NCBI RefSeq assembly: GCF_006345805.1
Contig: NC_043002.1
Location: 20,708,001-20,772,000 of the forward strand
Origin: Octopus sinensis
Taxonomy: Eukaryota
Reading direction: 5' to 3'
Length of the DNA stretch: 64,000 nt
Shown here: positions 39,603 to 52,922 of the stretch, in pieces
How positions within the stretch are numbered: the first letter of the stretch is position 1
Layout of the letters: each line of letters opens with the position of its first letter
Program-made: the position numbers and the translations under genes
Notes under the pieces: generated by a model
Database searches by the model: none
What the model was told of the DNA's origin: nothing
What the model saw: only the letters and a program-made list of their open reading frames with translations

Positions 39603-40460
39603 TCATATATATATACACACACACACACACATATATATTGTATATACATATACGTATACATAAATATATGTTTATATACATGTGTATATGTGTGTGTGTG
39701 AGTGACTGTGTGTGAGTAAGAGTGTGTGTGTGCGTGTATCGCTTTCTAAATTACTTTCATTTCTATTTCACAAAGCTTCATATAAATTATACTGCTCTTA
39801 TCGTTGAAGTGCACATACATTATATATATATATGCATACATACATGCACAAATACTTGCATACATTATATACATATGCACATACACACACGTACTCACAG
39901 ACACCCACCTACAGACTCACACACACTCACACGCACATACTCACACATATATAGATACACACATGCGCAAACACTACAATATGCATGAGAAAATTCAATA
40001 GTGCACTTGGTGATGCTGTTGCTTTTCATGTTCTGGGGTGTGATACTTTCTCTCTCTTTCTCTTTCTCTCTCTCTCTCTCTTCATCTCTCTCCATTTTAA
40101 CCTCTCTCCCTCTCTCTCTCGCCGTCTCTCTCTGTGAGTCTATCTTTCTATCTACTAACACATGTCCACACGTAAGGTCCCAACAGCAAAATGTGGTATT
40201 CGAGGCTTAGCACAATCACACAACACACACACACACACACGCACACACACACACACGCACACACACGCACACACACACACACACACACACCACACACGCA
40301 CACACACACACACAGAATATTGCTGTAGCCCCCATCTTTTATACCAAGACAAACAATGTACATGTAAACACTTCCAATCAGTTAAGATCAGAAGCCATGA
40401 GAGCCACTGCCTGGTACTGCTTCAGGGCATATTTTATATTATTACATATGATTATTATTA

Positions 40461-40503
<43 letters not shown>

Positions 40504-40621
40504 GTTATCCTCCTACTCCTGCTCCTGCTCCACCTCCTCCTCCTGCTGCTGCTGCTCCTGCTCCTGCTCCACCTCCTCCTCTTCCCCTTCCTCCTCATCC
40601 TCCTCCTCCTCCTCCTCCTCC

Positions 40622-40655
<34 letters not shown>

Positions 40656-42228
40656 TGATTTTTGAGGAGAATGGACGTCTTCAGCTCTGTAGAAGAGTCA
40701 AATTACCGTATTTTTTTAAAGAAAACCCTTTTTTCTTGCTAATTATTAGTTTTTAGAACATTTGATTATCTACCTCCTACTTGTGATGGCAAATATAAAA
40801 TCGTTTTGAAATGATTGCTCATTTAATTGACCCTTATCAATATCTAATATTATCAATATCTAATATTATTTCCCTGAATATAGTCGGTCATGTTTGCTAT
40901 TGACATTCTAGAGAGAGCATGGGTTGACCACCCACCGGTCGCATTACCTGGCTGGTACAGAGTTCTGAGGTTCTGATAACTTTCCAGACGCCTCACATCC
41001 AATCTTAAATAATGAGGACTTCAACAAAGACGCAATTGTGTCTAAGCGTTTATCCTATTTCACTGCAGAGTCCACATTCGATGTACATCGGTGCGATCAA
41101 CATGTTATTCCAACCAATATGTCACTCCGTCCGACTTTAGTGATCTCTCACCTTTAACCGGCTCCATAACACTGCGACACTCACTATGAGTAGGGATAGG
41201 TCACTGATAGACCTTGGAATTTGACATCGCAAATCCACCACCACAGACCGGTACATTATCTACTTGTAACGATAAAAAGTAATGTTGACCTCGGCAGGAT
41301 TTGAACTCAAAATATAAAGAGCTAGAACAAATATTCCAAAGTTTTCTACCCAACGCCTTAATGACTCATTCACTTTGCCAATAATGATTAACAGAAAACT
41401 CAAAGTAAAGTTAATTAATAACGGATGTAGCGGACAGACTGTTAGACACGATTCTTCATGAACTGAACCAAAATATCAAAGATCGTATCTATTCGGAATA
41501 TAAATATACATTGACAATAAACACCCAGTCTGGCATGAAAATAAAATGAACCCTCATTATAAAACTGATGATTAGGTCACTTAAGGAAGCTAATTAAACA
41601 AGCCTTACACCGAACTAACCGCGACGGCAATTTAGATTTTATTACATACATATGACTGTTGGAAACGAAGGCATTATCCCTTTGTTTTCATATATAACCA
41701 CACACAAAAGCAACTCCCACACAATCAACATTTGAAACAGCAATTATTATAATTTGTGAGGGCCAGAGAGGTTAATTGAACTAGGTCCCTTACATCAAGG
41801 GAACGCTTGGAGAAATGTCACTGCATTCAGTTTCGCGGTCAAATCGATAAAGGCATCGGATAACCGTCCGAATTATCCGTAGGTCGAATTCCTTCACTGG
41901 TGGTGCGTTGTGTTCGTGATAAAAAAAAAAAAAGGAAAAAGACGAAAACAAAACAAAATGAACTTGATTTCAATGACTCCGTTCACGAACCTGTAAACAG
42001 ATCCTACAATTAGTATAATTTACGAAATGTAAGCGATGGTAGCACTGTGAAAGCAACGAGTGTTTAAGAAGTTTTTAACGCTAGGTTCAACTTTTGCTGT
42101 GGGAGAGTAGCTTTCAATAAACTGGCAACTTATCTAGAGCTGTATCGGTGTACTACAGCAATCAGCAGCAAAGCCGTAAAACTGAAGAGGTTATTCCTGG
42201 TGGTTGTTATTTAGTAGCAGGTCAACTC

Positions 42229-42908
42229 CGGTGACGGCTCGTGTATTGGTACTGTGGAACTGCAGCACCCCCTATTTCCACTCGATACTATAGATAACAT
42301 TCAATATAATGAGTCCTTTTTTCGTTAATTCTTTCTTTATACTTGTACATTATATAATCCTTAAGCTTAATGTCCCCAACTTTATGAAAAATACAAAAAT
42401 CCTTGTATAGGACTGTGCGCTTCACAGTTCCATCGATGCGATGTTTGGCTGTTGTGCACATGCTCACATGTCCGAGATAGGAAGTTTCACGCTAGGGAGA
42501 GAGAGCGCATTGGTGTTCACGCAGTGCCTGTGAAAAGTAGTGTTTCTTTTTGACTCAATGGTGTTGTGTTTAAAAACGTGTTTATATTCTTGAATGAGAT
42601 AAAGTGTAGAATTAGATTATTATCCTGCTTCCAGCTTTAGTGTTGCTGCCAGGATATGAAAAATAGGGCAGATTTTCTCCCCTTATTTTGTGATTTAGAG
42701 GAGATTTTTGAAAAACAAGGAGGAATTCGCGGCAGTGTTCAGTGAACACATTTGACACACTACCCGGCAGTGGCTAAAACGGGAACCGATCAAGTTTATG
42801 TATAAATATTCTTTTTATATGTTTGTTTCCTTTTACACAGTATCAAAACAATGGCTAAAATTTTTCCGAAGCAGCATCCCCACTAATTTCATCTACGAGC
42901 CGCCACTA
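42229..42908 (+). mobile_element. hAT-type MITE, copy 2 (uninterrupted)
   Basis: Perfect 8-bp TSD GTCAACTC at 42221-42228 and 42909-42916. Ends are CGGTGACGGCTCGT / ACGAGCCGCCACTA. Confidence 0.88.
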
Positions 42909-43515
42909 GTCAACTCACTTTTAGGAGTCCTTTTAAAATAGTAGGGTGACATCGAAAGGAAATTCGGCTACTATTTCTACCATGTAGAGTGATCAGGTAG
43001 TACTGGATTCACTTCCTTTGATTTAACCCCATAAAGTATAGGATTTTCATGAACTAGGACAAATTATTGTTCAAGTATTATGCCAGCACAGTAACTGTAG
43101 TCAAATTCTGATAGCCCAACGCTTTAAAATCACAGTCCTAAACCTCATAAGATTTCAGGGCTACTTTATTTGAATTCCTTCTATCGGGTAACTAATTTCA
43201 TGTTATTACATAACTAACTTCACAATTTGTGTATTCATAACATATCCTTGTAAGACAGTTCGGTATTCTCTGTAAATGCACAAAAACCGTTTTAAGGGCT
43301 ACATACTTTGTATTGTTATTATTGGATTAGCGAAACAATTATGAGAACGGAACCAAGACATAAGCCCCGCTTTCCCGGGAATTACTGGGTACATCAGCTA
43401 GTATATATATATATATACATATATAATTTATGTTTTAGAAATAAATTCTCTGTATATATAGAAGACATACCGAAGCGCTCAAGACATTTGAACCATAGGA
43501 GAAATAAGAAAAATA

Positions 43516-43778
43516 ATGATGAGAAACAAAAAACGGTTTACCAATACGCATATAATAAAATATATTCTGTTATAAAAATATTATGTGCACAAGATCATAC
43601 AATAAAAATATATAGATATATAAATACATCAAATGTACAATAAAATAATACAATAAAAATAGATAGATGTATTTATATATCTATCTATTTTTATTGTACG
43701 ATCTTGCACACATAATATTTTTTATAACAGAATATATCTTATATGCATATTGGTAAACTGTCTTTTGTTTCTCATCAT
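43516..43778. repeat. Inverted repeat with arms of about 115 bp (fold-back) and a 35-bp spacer
   Basis: 43516-43630 is the near reverse complement of 43666-43778. Confidence 0.85.
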
Positions 43779-44043
43779 GGGGTAGAAAGGGCTCCTTAGC
43801 CGTAGTGAAGGCAATCTATCTAGGGAGATAACCTTACAATAAATCACTCGGTCCGTAGCTTAGAAATACTGGGTTGACGTCCAGCGGGAACAGCTTTGTT
43901 TCATGGAGGAGGAAGATCTTCTTTAGTACTTGGTTGTACAATGCTTTCCAATGTGTGTAGTAGTGGCGCGCGCACACATTATTAGCCATTTGAAAAGACT
44001 ATGAAAGTCTCGACCACGGTCGAACAATGATGATGATGATGAT
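43779..44043 (+). mobile_element. Short non-LTR retroelement (SINE or truncated LINE) with (GAT)n tail and 12-bp TSD
   Basis: GTTTCTCATCAT lies at 43767-43778 and 44044-44055, and the element ends in (GAT)n. Confidence 0.7.
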
Positions 44044-44059
44044 GTTTCTCATCATTGTA

Positions 44060-44439
44060 TTCTTTTATTCTTTTATTTACTTCAGTTATTTGACTGCGGC
44101 CATACTGGAGCACCACCTTTAGTCGAACAAATCAGCCCTAGGACTTATTGGTTTGTAAGCCTAGTACTTATTCTGTCGGTCTCATTTCCCGAACCGCTAT
44201 GTTACGGAGATATAAGCACATCAACATCGGTTGTCAAGCGATGGTAGGAGACAAACACAGACAGACAGACACACACACATACATATATGACGGGCTTCTT
44301 TCAGATTCTGTCTATCAAATCCATTCACAAGTCTTTGGCCGACCCGAGACTATAGTAGAAGACATTTGCCCAAGGTGCCACGCAGTGAGACTGAACCCGG
44401 AACCATGTGATTGGTAATCACGCTACTTACCACACTGCC

Positions 44440-44440
<1 letters not shown>
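44060..44440 (-). mobile_element. Family B SINE copy
   Basis: Head and 3' module are recognisable. Confidence 0.78.
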
Positions 44441-44485
<45 letters not shown>

Positions 44486-44709
44486 TATATATCTATATAT
44501 ATACATAGTTAATCCCAAACAACGCGAGGACGTGGAACAAGTATAGTATTATTGGACGCTCAGGAGGAAAGAAAGAAAGAAGGAGGATTAAACGTTTCGA
44601 GCGAAACTTTTCGTTGAAGCAGTCCTTCATAAGAAAAGGAAACATAAGAAAAGGAAAGATCCAAGGAAGGGAAGACAGAGGAAAAAAATCGCCAACGGTA
44701 CACACGCGG

Positions 44710-44756
<47 letters not shown>

Positions 44757-45213
44757 GATGAGATTTACAGAAAAACAAAAGACGAAGACAGGAGTATAAA
44801 CAACAAGCAGGTGTATTAGTTCGACGCTCGGGAAAGTGAGAAAGTCCTTTATGTTTCGAGCTTACGCTCTTCAACAGAAAGAAACGCGAAGAAATAAACA
44901 GAGAGAGAATAAATAAAAACTTGTGTATTTTGCGATCAGTCATAACGACCGGAGGATGCTGAAAAGTTCCTGACTTTTAGGGTATCGCGAAAGGTCTGGT
45001 TGGAGGCTCAACCTTTCGAGTTCTTTAACAGGGCTTAGAAAAACTGAAGGACTGCTGCAACAAGTGTGTGAATCTGAGAGGAGAATATGTTGAATAAAAT
45101 GATAATTAACAGATCCTCTTGTATTTTCTTTTACTCGAAGCCAGGGAGTTTTCAGTACCCCTTGTGTGTCTGTGTGTGTGTATACACGCACATGCATACA
45201 TACGCACATGCAT

Positions 45214-45263
<50 letters not shown>

Positions 45264-45660
45264 TAGAATGTAAGTGTCACAGTATAAAGCTGTAGTAGCT
45301 ATCATAATTTATGAGCAGAGAAGGCGTCATAGTATATAGCCGTAGTATGTAGGAGCCATCGTATAGAGCTGTAGTTACTATCGCAGTATATAGCTATAAT
45401 ATGGGTCCTTGCATGTAATCGTAGAATGTAGGTGCCATAGTATAAAGTTGTAGTGTCTATCATAGTGTATAGCCACAATAGGCGTCATGGTATGTAACCG
45501 TACTATGTAGGCGCTAGAGTAGAGGCTGTACTGGCTATCATAGCATATAGTAGGTATCTTAGTATATGGCAATCGTTGACATAAAATTTTTCGTAGCCAG
45601 CCATGACAAAGAAACAGTTAGGTCTTTTTTGTTAATATTGCTCTTTATTGTAATTTCTTC

Positions 45661-45705
<45 letters not shown>

Positions 45706-46139
45706 ATATATAGATATATATATATATATATATATAGATATATATGTATATAAATAATAAAAAAGAAATCAATTCGAGACCTCTGTTCTCAAGTGTATGA
45801 GAAACCAATAATTCGATACTGAGATCTATCAATTAACATAATCCTTTGATGCCCGGTCGAAATGTGCCGATCAATAAGTAGGATTTTGTCAATGTGCTGG
45901 GTGGACCTTTTGGTAGTCGGAAATGATGTAGGAGTGGTAGTAGTGTTAATGTTGGTGGTAGTGATGATGATTTGGTGATTTGGCTGTGACGGTTTGTGTG
46001 AGTGGTGGGTGGGGGGATGGATGTGGTGGTGCAGAAGAATGGATGGGGAGGGGGAGTGGAAAGGGGAGACAATGCAATTTCGAACTAAACGACTTAACAC
46101 CCGAGTAAAGGCGCGACAAGTTAGTAAGTTGGCAAAGCT

Positions 46140-46342
46140 ACCATCATCACACCACCACCACCACCACCACCACCACCGCCACCGCCGCCGCCGCCGTCAC
46201 CACCACCACCACCACCACCACCACCACTACTACTACTACTACTAGTAGTAGTAGTAGTAGTAGTACTACTACTACTACTACCACTACCACCACCACCACC
46301 ACCACCACCACCACTACTACTATTACTACCACTACCACCACA

Positions 46343-46382
<40 letters not shown>

Positions 46383-46417
46383 TTACTACTATTACTACCA
46401 CTATCACCACCACCACC

Positions 46418-46451
<34 letters not shown>

Positions 46452-46600
46452 TTACTACCACTAACCCACCACCACCACCACCACCAACCACCACCACCTA
46501 CTACTACTACTACTACTAACTCTACTACTACTACTACCACCACAACCACCACCACCACCACCACTATTACTATTACTACTACTATTACTACTACTACTAT
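46140..46600. repeat. (CAC)n/(TAC)n compound microsatellite
   Basis: Directly visible. Confidence 0.95.
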
Positions 46601-47108
46601 TTCTGTTCTTCTTCATAGCTTATAAACCACACCACCCAGTAACAGATACTGCTACCCCATCCTCCTCCTCCTCCCCCTTCTCATTTCCTTCTCATCTCAC
46701 CACAAAGTGACTCACCTAACCTTCCTAACTTGCAGACGTTTTTATGTCTATCTGAGATGGCCATAATTAAATCAGTACTGGTCATAATAGATCACATCAC
46801 ACAGAAGAAAATGAAATACGAAAGGAAATATTGGAAGAAAATAATTTTATTGCACAAATATTAACAATAATGATTACCTAACAATACAAAATGAACAACA
46901 ACATGTTGCGCACACCATCATTTGTCAATATTTTGTATCCAGGACAGCAACTGTCCAATAAGGTATTGATTCAGTCAGTTTAGAAGTCAATCGTCTGCTT
47001 ATTTCGATGCAGCAAATCAATTTAATGGCTTCCGTTAATACTCTCTCTGAATTTTGGATTCTTTCTCGTCACATATTGTGCTGTACTTTCGAAGCGGATT
47101 CGAATCTA

Positions 47109-47526
47109 GGATCTTTTCGGTTTGAACGGCAGTTTTTTAAAATAATTTCCACGTAACTAAACACTTTTAAACTTCATATACTGGTAGAATGTGTTTATAA
47201 AACATCTTTTTCTCTTGGCTTTATTGAGAAAATTCTATAGTTTGTAAGATATTTGTTGTTTTTTTCCTTCAATTTCTGCAATTTCAACCAACCAATGACG
47301 TCTATTGAGGTGAAAAACATTCTGTGCCGTATGAATATGTCCCTCGTTTAAGAAACAGATTGGGTTTATTTACATTTCTGAAGAAAAAAAGATAGCCTTT
47401 CCCCCACCCCTAACCCTAACTCTAAAACAGATTGAAATGTAATAGATCGATACTAAAGTCATAATTATGGGTGACAATTTCATATGACACCGCTAGAAAA
47501 AATTGCCGTTCAAACTGAAAAGATCC
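47109..47526. mobile_element. MITE with GG...CC termini and 8-bp TSD (Merlin-like)
   Basis: TIRs GGATCTTTTCGGTTTGAACGGCA / TGCCGTTCAAACTGAAAAGATCC with flanks CGAATCTA / CGAATCTG (7 of 8 match). The superfamily is inferred from the termini and TSD length. Confidence 0.75.
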
Positions 47527-48369
47527 CGAATCTGGATTGTTTCTTAGTCATGTCCCGAGAATTTGACTTTCTCCTCGCAGATGTCATCCCATATCTCTAC
47601 CTTTGTCTGAACTTCAAGAAAGCCACTATGTTAAAAAGAATCACATCTTTTCATCTCCAGAATAATTTGGATATATCTCGTTTTTTTTATAGCAGTTCCT
47701 ATAGACGTAGTTAATCACACCAGTAACAACTACTGCAGCTCTGTCATCTTAAGGGCTGTTTTTATAATAAAACTTATCTATTTCTGTTCAAACAACTTAT
47801 CAAGAGGTTGACGAATATAATGCACAAATGCACAGAATTAGATGATGCTGGATTAGTTCAAAAATATCACTCCCAGCTCACTGATCTATTATACAAACTT
47901 TATAGAAACGGCGAAATGTCAAGTAACGTCTGTGGTATTTTCTTTGATAACCTCTGTTTAGAGGCTGGATGATAGGTACGTAAGCATGCAGACTGCAGAC
48001 AACCATATATTGTCAATGGGCTCCGTAGTTGCTCGATCGTAGTTGATAATTTATTTTTAACTGTACGGCAATAGAAGTTTTATATGGAGTTCTCTTTACT
48101 GCACAGACAATAGCTTGGTGTATTCCTATAGAGATATCATTTCAAAATCCCAATCGTTTTGTAGAACTGATGTTGCTTTGAGCCTTGATTTTAATTCGAG
48201 CGATCGACCGACACTTCAAAATGGGCGCCAATACGCAACCTCCATCACTTAAAACCACAAAATTTTTTTGATAGCAACAGAAATATTAAACAGTTCTATA
48301 TTTAAGAGATGAGGAACTATGTGCATTATTTACATTCAACGGATATTTGTCCTCATCTTGTTTGTTGTT

Positions 48370-48415
48370 AACACAGCGTTTCGGCTGATATACCCTCCAG
48401 CCTTCTTCAGGTGTC
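48370..48415 (-). ncRNA. Minimal (Penelope-type) hammerhead ribozyme motif, probably mutated at U16.1
   Basis: Minus strand: GACAC CUGAAGA A GGCUG-(10 nt)-CAGCC GAAAC GCU GUGUU, giving helix I GACAC/GUGUU, core CUGANGA, a 5-bp helix II and GAAA. The loopless helix III reads ACGC instead of ACGU. Confidence 0.7.
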
Positions 48416-48489
48416 TTGGGGAAATTTCGAACCTGGGTTGATATTATTATTAGGCATTTTTCGATATTATTATTATTATTATTGTTAAG

Positions 48490-48560
48490 GTCACTGCTTG
48501 GAATCGAACTCGGAATCTTGGGGTTAGTAGCCCGCGCTCTTAACCACTACGCCACATATG
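48490..48560 (-). promoter_or_regulatory. tRNA-like internal Pol III promoter (A and B boxes)
   Basis: Minus strand TGGCGTAGTGG ... GAGTTCGATTCC with tRNA-like spacing. There is no intact acceptor stem, so it is not called as a tRNA gene. Confidence 0.65.
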
Positions 48561-48610
48561 TCCTTGGGCAATTATGGAGTGAATTTTAGGGCTTGTCAAT
48601 ATATATCAGT

Positions 48611-48770
48611 GTCCATACTGAAGTACGTAGTTTCTACACAGAAGGTCAACATTTTTCCATCAAGTTTCTTATTGGTACACTAATGCGTTCTTTTAGATGG
48701 GTGTCTGTCACTAGTTTTTTCTTGTATCACCGATAGTGCTTCACCCGTTGGGACTTTGGTGAACAGACTT
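48611..48770 (-). pseudogene. Penelope-like element reverse-transcriptase fragment
   Basis: Allowing single-base frameshifts, the minus strand reads SLFTKVPTGEALSVIQEK(L)VTDTHLKERISVPIRNLME(M)LTFCVETTYFSMD, matching the PLE RT segment SLFTxVP..EA...........L...C..TTYF. Confidence 0.72.
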
Positions 48771-49305
48771 ATCAATAGACAGAGAAAACCACTGGAATAT
48801 ACGAAAATACGAACTTAGAAGTTCGGCAAAAAAAAAAAAGAAAACCTGATCGAATAAGTACCAAGTTTTTAAAAAGAAATAAGTATGGGGATCGATTCAT
48901 TCGGCTAAAAATTGAAGGTAATGCTGGAGCATGGCCGCAGTCTAATGATGAAACAAGAAAAAGATAAAAGAAAACAAGCAGATAAATTGTATGATAAAAT
49001 ACAAAATACATTATGTACAGGTTAAACTCAGAAACATGATGCACGTAAATGGACGTTTCCTGTTGATTGATACTTTACCTTTTACATTCTACTCGCTTCA
49101 ATCATTAGACTGCGGCCATTCTGGGGCATTGAGAAATTTTAGCTGAATGAATCGACCCCAGTACTTTTGTTAAGCCAGGTACTTATTCTATCGATATCTT
49201 TTGCCGAAACGCTATGTTACAGGGATGAATACAGTAATTAAGATTTAACTTGAATAATAAGTTATTTCAAGATGGATTATGTCCAATACTACACACACAC
49301 ATGTT

Positions 49306-49398
<93 letters not shown>

Positions 49399-50014
49399 TA
49401 TATATATATATATATATATACTTATACACACACACATACATATATACTCATATATATATACACACACGCATATATATATATATATATAGTTGGAATTTAC
49501 AAACAAAAACCAAAAGACGAAGACAGGTGTGTAAACAACAAACAGGTGTATTAGCTTAACGCTCGGGAGAGTGAGAAAGTCTTTTACGTTTCGAGCCTAC
49601 GCTCTTGAACAGAAAGGAACACAAGAAAATAAACAGAGAGAATAAAAAAAACATTAGTGGCTAGCGGTCAATCATTATATATATATATATATATAGATAT
49701 AAGTAAATGTTGTGATAAGCAAGTTAGACAATTAAAGGGGTTGACGAAAAGTATTACAAATCCACCAGCTGTTTCTGGGAGTTCGGTGGTCCAAAATAAT
49801 GATTGTAAATTGATTCCATCGCAGGATGAGACGAGCCTCCATCTTCAAACAACAATCTACAAACATTCATTTGGACCATCGAGCCCCCAGAAAGAGCAGT
49901 TGGATTTGTTATACTTTACTTCAACTCCTTAAATTTTCTATATCATTTGTATTCTCTGTAAGTCGGATCTTTTTATATGTGTACATACATACATCTTTTG
50001 TATTCGCTCAAGTT

Positions 50015-50055
<41 letters not shown>

Positions 50056-50140
50056 ATATATATGTACGTACATGTCCAATAATATACACACACATACAGA
50101 CGCACATAGACACAGACACACTCTCATATATGTGTGTATA

Positions 50141-50228
<88 letters not shown>

Positions 50229-50276
50229 ATGTGTGTGTATATGTATATGTATATATGCATACATATACCTATACAA

Positions 50277-50390
<114 letters not shown>

Positions 50391-50698
50391 ATACATATAT
50401 GTATGTATGTATGTATGTATGTATATATTCTAATAGACACAACAAAGGTGTGGTTTTTAAAGCTTTATAGGACATGCACGCTTGCTTCAAAATGCCGAAA
50501 TAATTACATAACATTGTAAAATTTTTTATGCAATTATGCATTTCACCTCATCAGTGTCAATACCACACCTTTTTTCTCCTTGCTATTTTCTTCCTGTTAT
50601 GTAGCTCGTACTCCACACTGTAACCTATCCCGAATTTAGTGTCCCGCCTCTTGCTATACTGGAGAGCTGAGTGGATTGTGGAGCCCACTACAGAGCGC

Positions 50699-50747
<49 letters not shown>

Positions 50748-52318
50748 TATGCGTAGAAGAATATTTTTAATTATGAACAAGTCACAATTATAACTAAGAG
50801 GATTTCAAACCTCTGACATGTTTAGAAATAGCAGTCAAAACAGCAATAAAGTAATTTAAATCATTCATATTATTTCTCTTCGTTGTAAAAGCTGTCTGCG
50901 GGCGACATTGCAGATAGAAGCCACAACTTGAAAATAACTGGTTAATTCCCTATTGCAATTTCGATGTTGGGGACCTATTAAGGGATCCATTCGTTTCGTC
51001 AGGGGGAATATTTCTGTACATAAAAATCAAAACAAGACCTCACCTTGGGGATTACATGTATCCCGACCGGCAAGAGAAATGTGTCAACCTCTATCTATAA
51101 TTTCAAGTTAAGAATTAAAATGCCATGCACAGCGTTTACGAGAAAAGACCGGTAAATTAGAGCCACCGCAAAGTCACTGGATATGAGTTGGGAAAATTAA
51201 ATAGTTAAAAAGTAATGTAAAAATACATACCAGAGGATATATTATAAACAATTGAAATTATTTATGAATATATCAATGGCCATACATGTTATCGTAAAAT
51301 ACATAGAAGAATGTTTATAATTATGAACAATTATAACTAAGAGGGTTTCAAAACCCTGACAAGTTTAGAAACAGCAGTCAAAAACCGCTATAAAGTAATT
51401 TAAATCACTCATTATTTCTCTTCATTGTAAAAGCTGTCTGCAGGCGATATGGCAGATAGAAGCCACAACTTGAAAATAACTGGTTTATTCCCTATTGCAA
51501 TTTCGACTCTAGGGACCTATTAAGGGATCCATTCGTCTCGTCAGTATCTCTTACCGGTGCCTTAGGTTAAACTCAACTCGCCTTGTTAGCTTATAAGATC
51601 ACCGTAGAAAGCATACGCTGATTTCATAAATGGTAAAGGTGTAAATTATACATAATATTGGTGGCTTGTTATCAATTTTTCAACCGAAAGGCAAAAATAT
51701 ATACGACGCTAAAGCGACTGAGGGCGCTATTCAGCACCAGTGTTGCTAGAAATAAGAGTCAAAACACCATTTAGGTGTATGGCAAATGAAAGACGGAAGA
51801 TGGAATAAACAAGAATTTATTATTAATCATGACTATTGTCTCGACATATCTACCATCGATTCCTCATGGGTCGGACACTCAACAACTGTTTCAGGAGCAT
51901 CCGGTGGTGCAGATGTATCTCGTTGGGTGATAAATAAATACAATTCGTTAGAATAACTGTTTCGCAATGTAACTTTCCATTTTGTAGAAAGAAAAGCAGC
52001 CATATATGTATGTATGTATGTATGTATATATGTATGTACGTATGTATGTATGTATGTATGTATGTATGTATGCATGCATGCTTGTATGTATGTATGTATG
52101 TATGTATGGATGTATGTATGTGTATGTATGTATGTATATATATATATATATATATATATCACCGTAATCACCGTGACCGACCGGACTATCAGATGTTGCT
52201 CAACATCGCTGGTCACAATGCGCTTCGCATTATTTTAGCCTTCAAATGACGCCACCCCGCTGTTTAAGCGAGCAGACCAATATATATACATACACACACA
52301 CACACACACACACATACA

Positions 52319-52360
<42 letters not shown>

Positions 52361-52363
<3 letters not shown>

Positions 52364-52847
52364 CGCACAAAGATATGATACGAGAAGTAACGTACCCAAA
52401 TATATATGGCCACGAAAGCCTTTCCACTAGTTTGAAATGAAGATCGAAGTAACCCACTTCACCGATATCTAGCAACTCATTATAATTCAATTACTTCTCT
52501 TTCCCAAGATAACCGAGAGAAAGTTATGGAAGGGAATGTACACATAAATGCGCTTGTGTTTGTGCTTCCAAGGAGACAGAGAAGACAGTGAAAGAGAGAT
52601 AGGGAGAGAAAGAGAGAGAGAGAGGGGGGAGAGAGAAAGAAAGAGAGGAAGGGAGAAAAGGAAAGAAACAAAGAGTGAAAGAGAGATACGATACAGACAG
52701 ACAGTGATTCAGACAGGCAAAAAGCTAAACGAAGCCCGATTCATTGTTGTACGATAATAAAATCGATTAAATCGATCCTATCTCAAGCAGTCAAAAAGTA
52801 CCCTGTGGGGTTAACTGCGCAGCGACTAAAACATATATTTCCCCTAA

Positions 52848-52922
<75 letters not shown>

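Noticed and set aside
39233-39715. Poly-Ile, poly-Asn/Asp and poly-Tyr/His ORFs
   Set aside because: They come from the (AAT)/(GAT) microsatellite.
43779-43890. Possible HDV-like ribozyme at the 5' end of the TSD-flanked retroelement
   Set aside because: P1-like and P3-like pairings can be drawn, but L3 lacks the pyrimidine-C pair needed for P1.1 and no J4/2 catalytic C context was found.
46121-46564. Gly/Ser/Val-rich ORFs
   Set aside because: They come from the (CAC)/(TAC) microsatellite.
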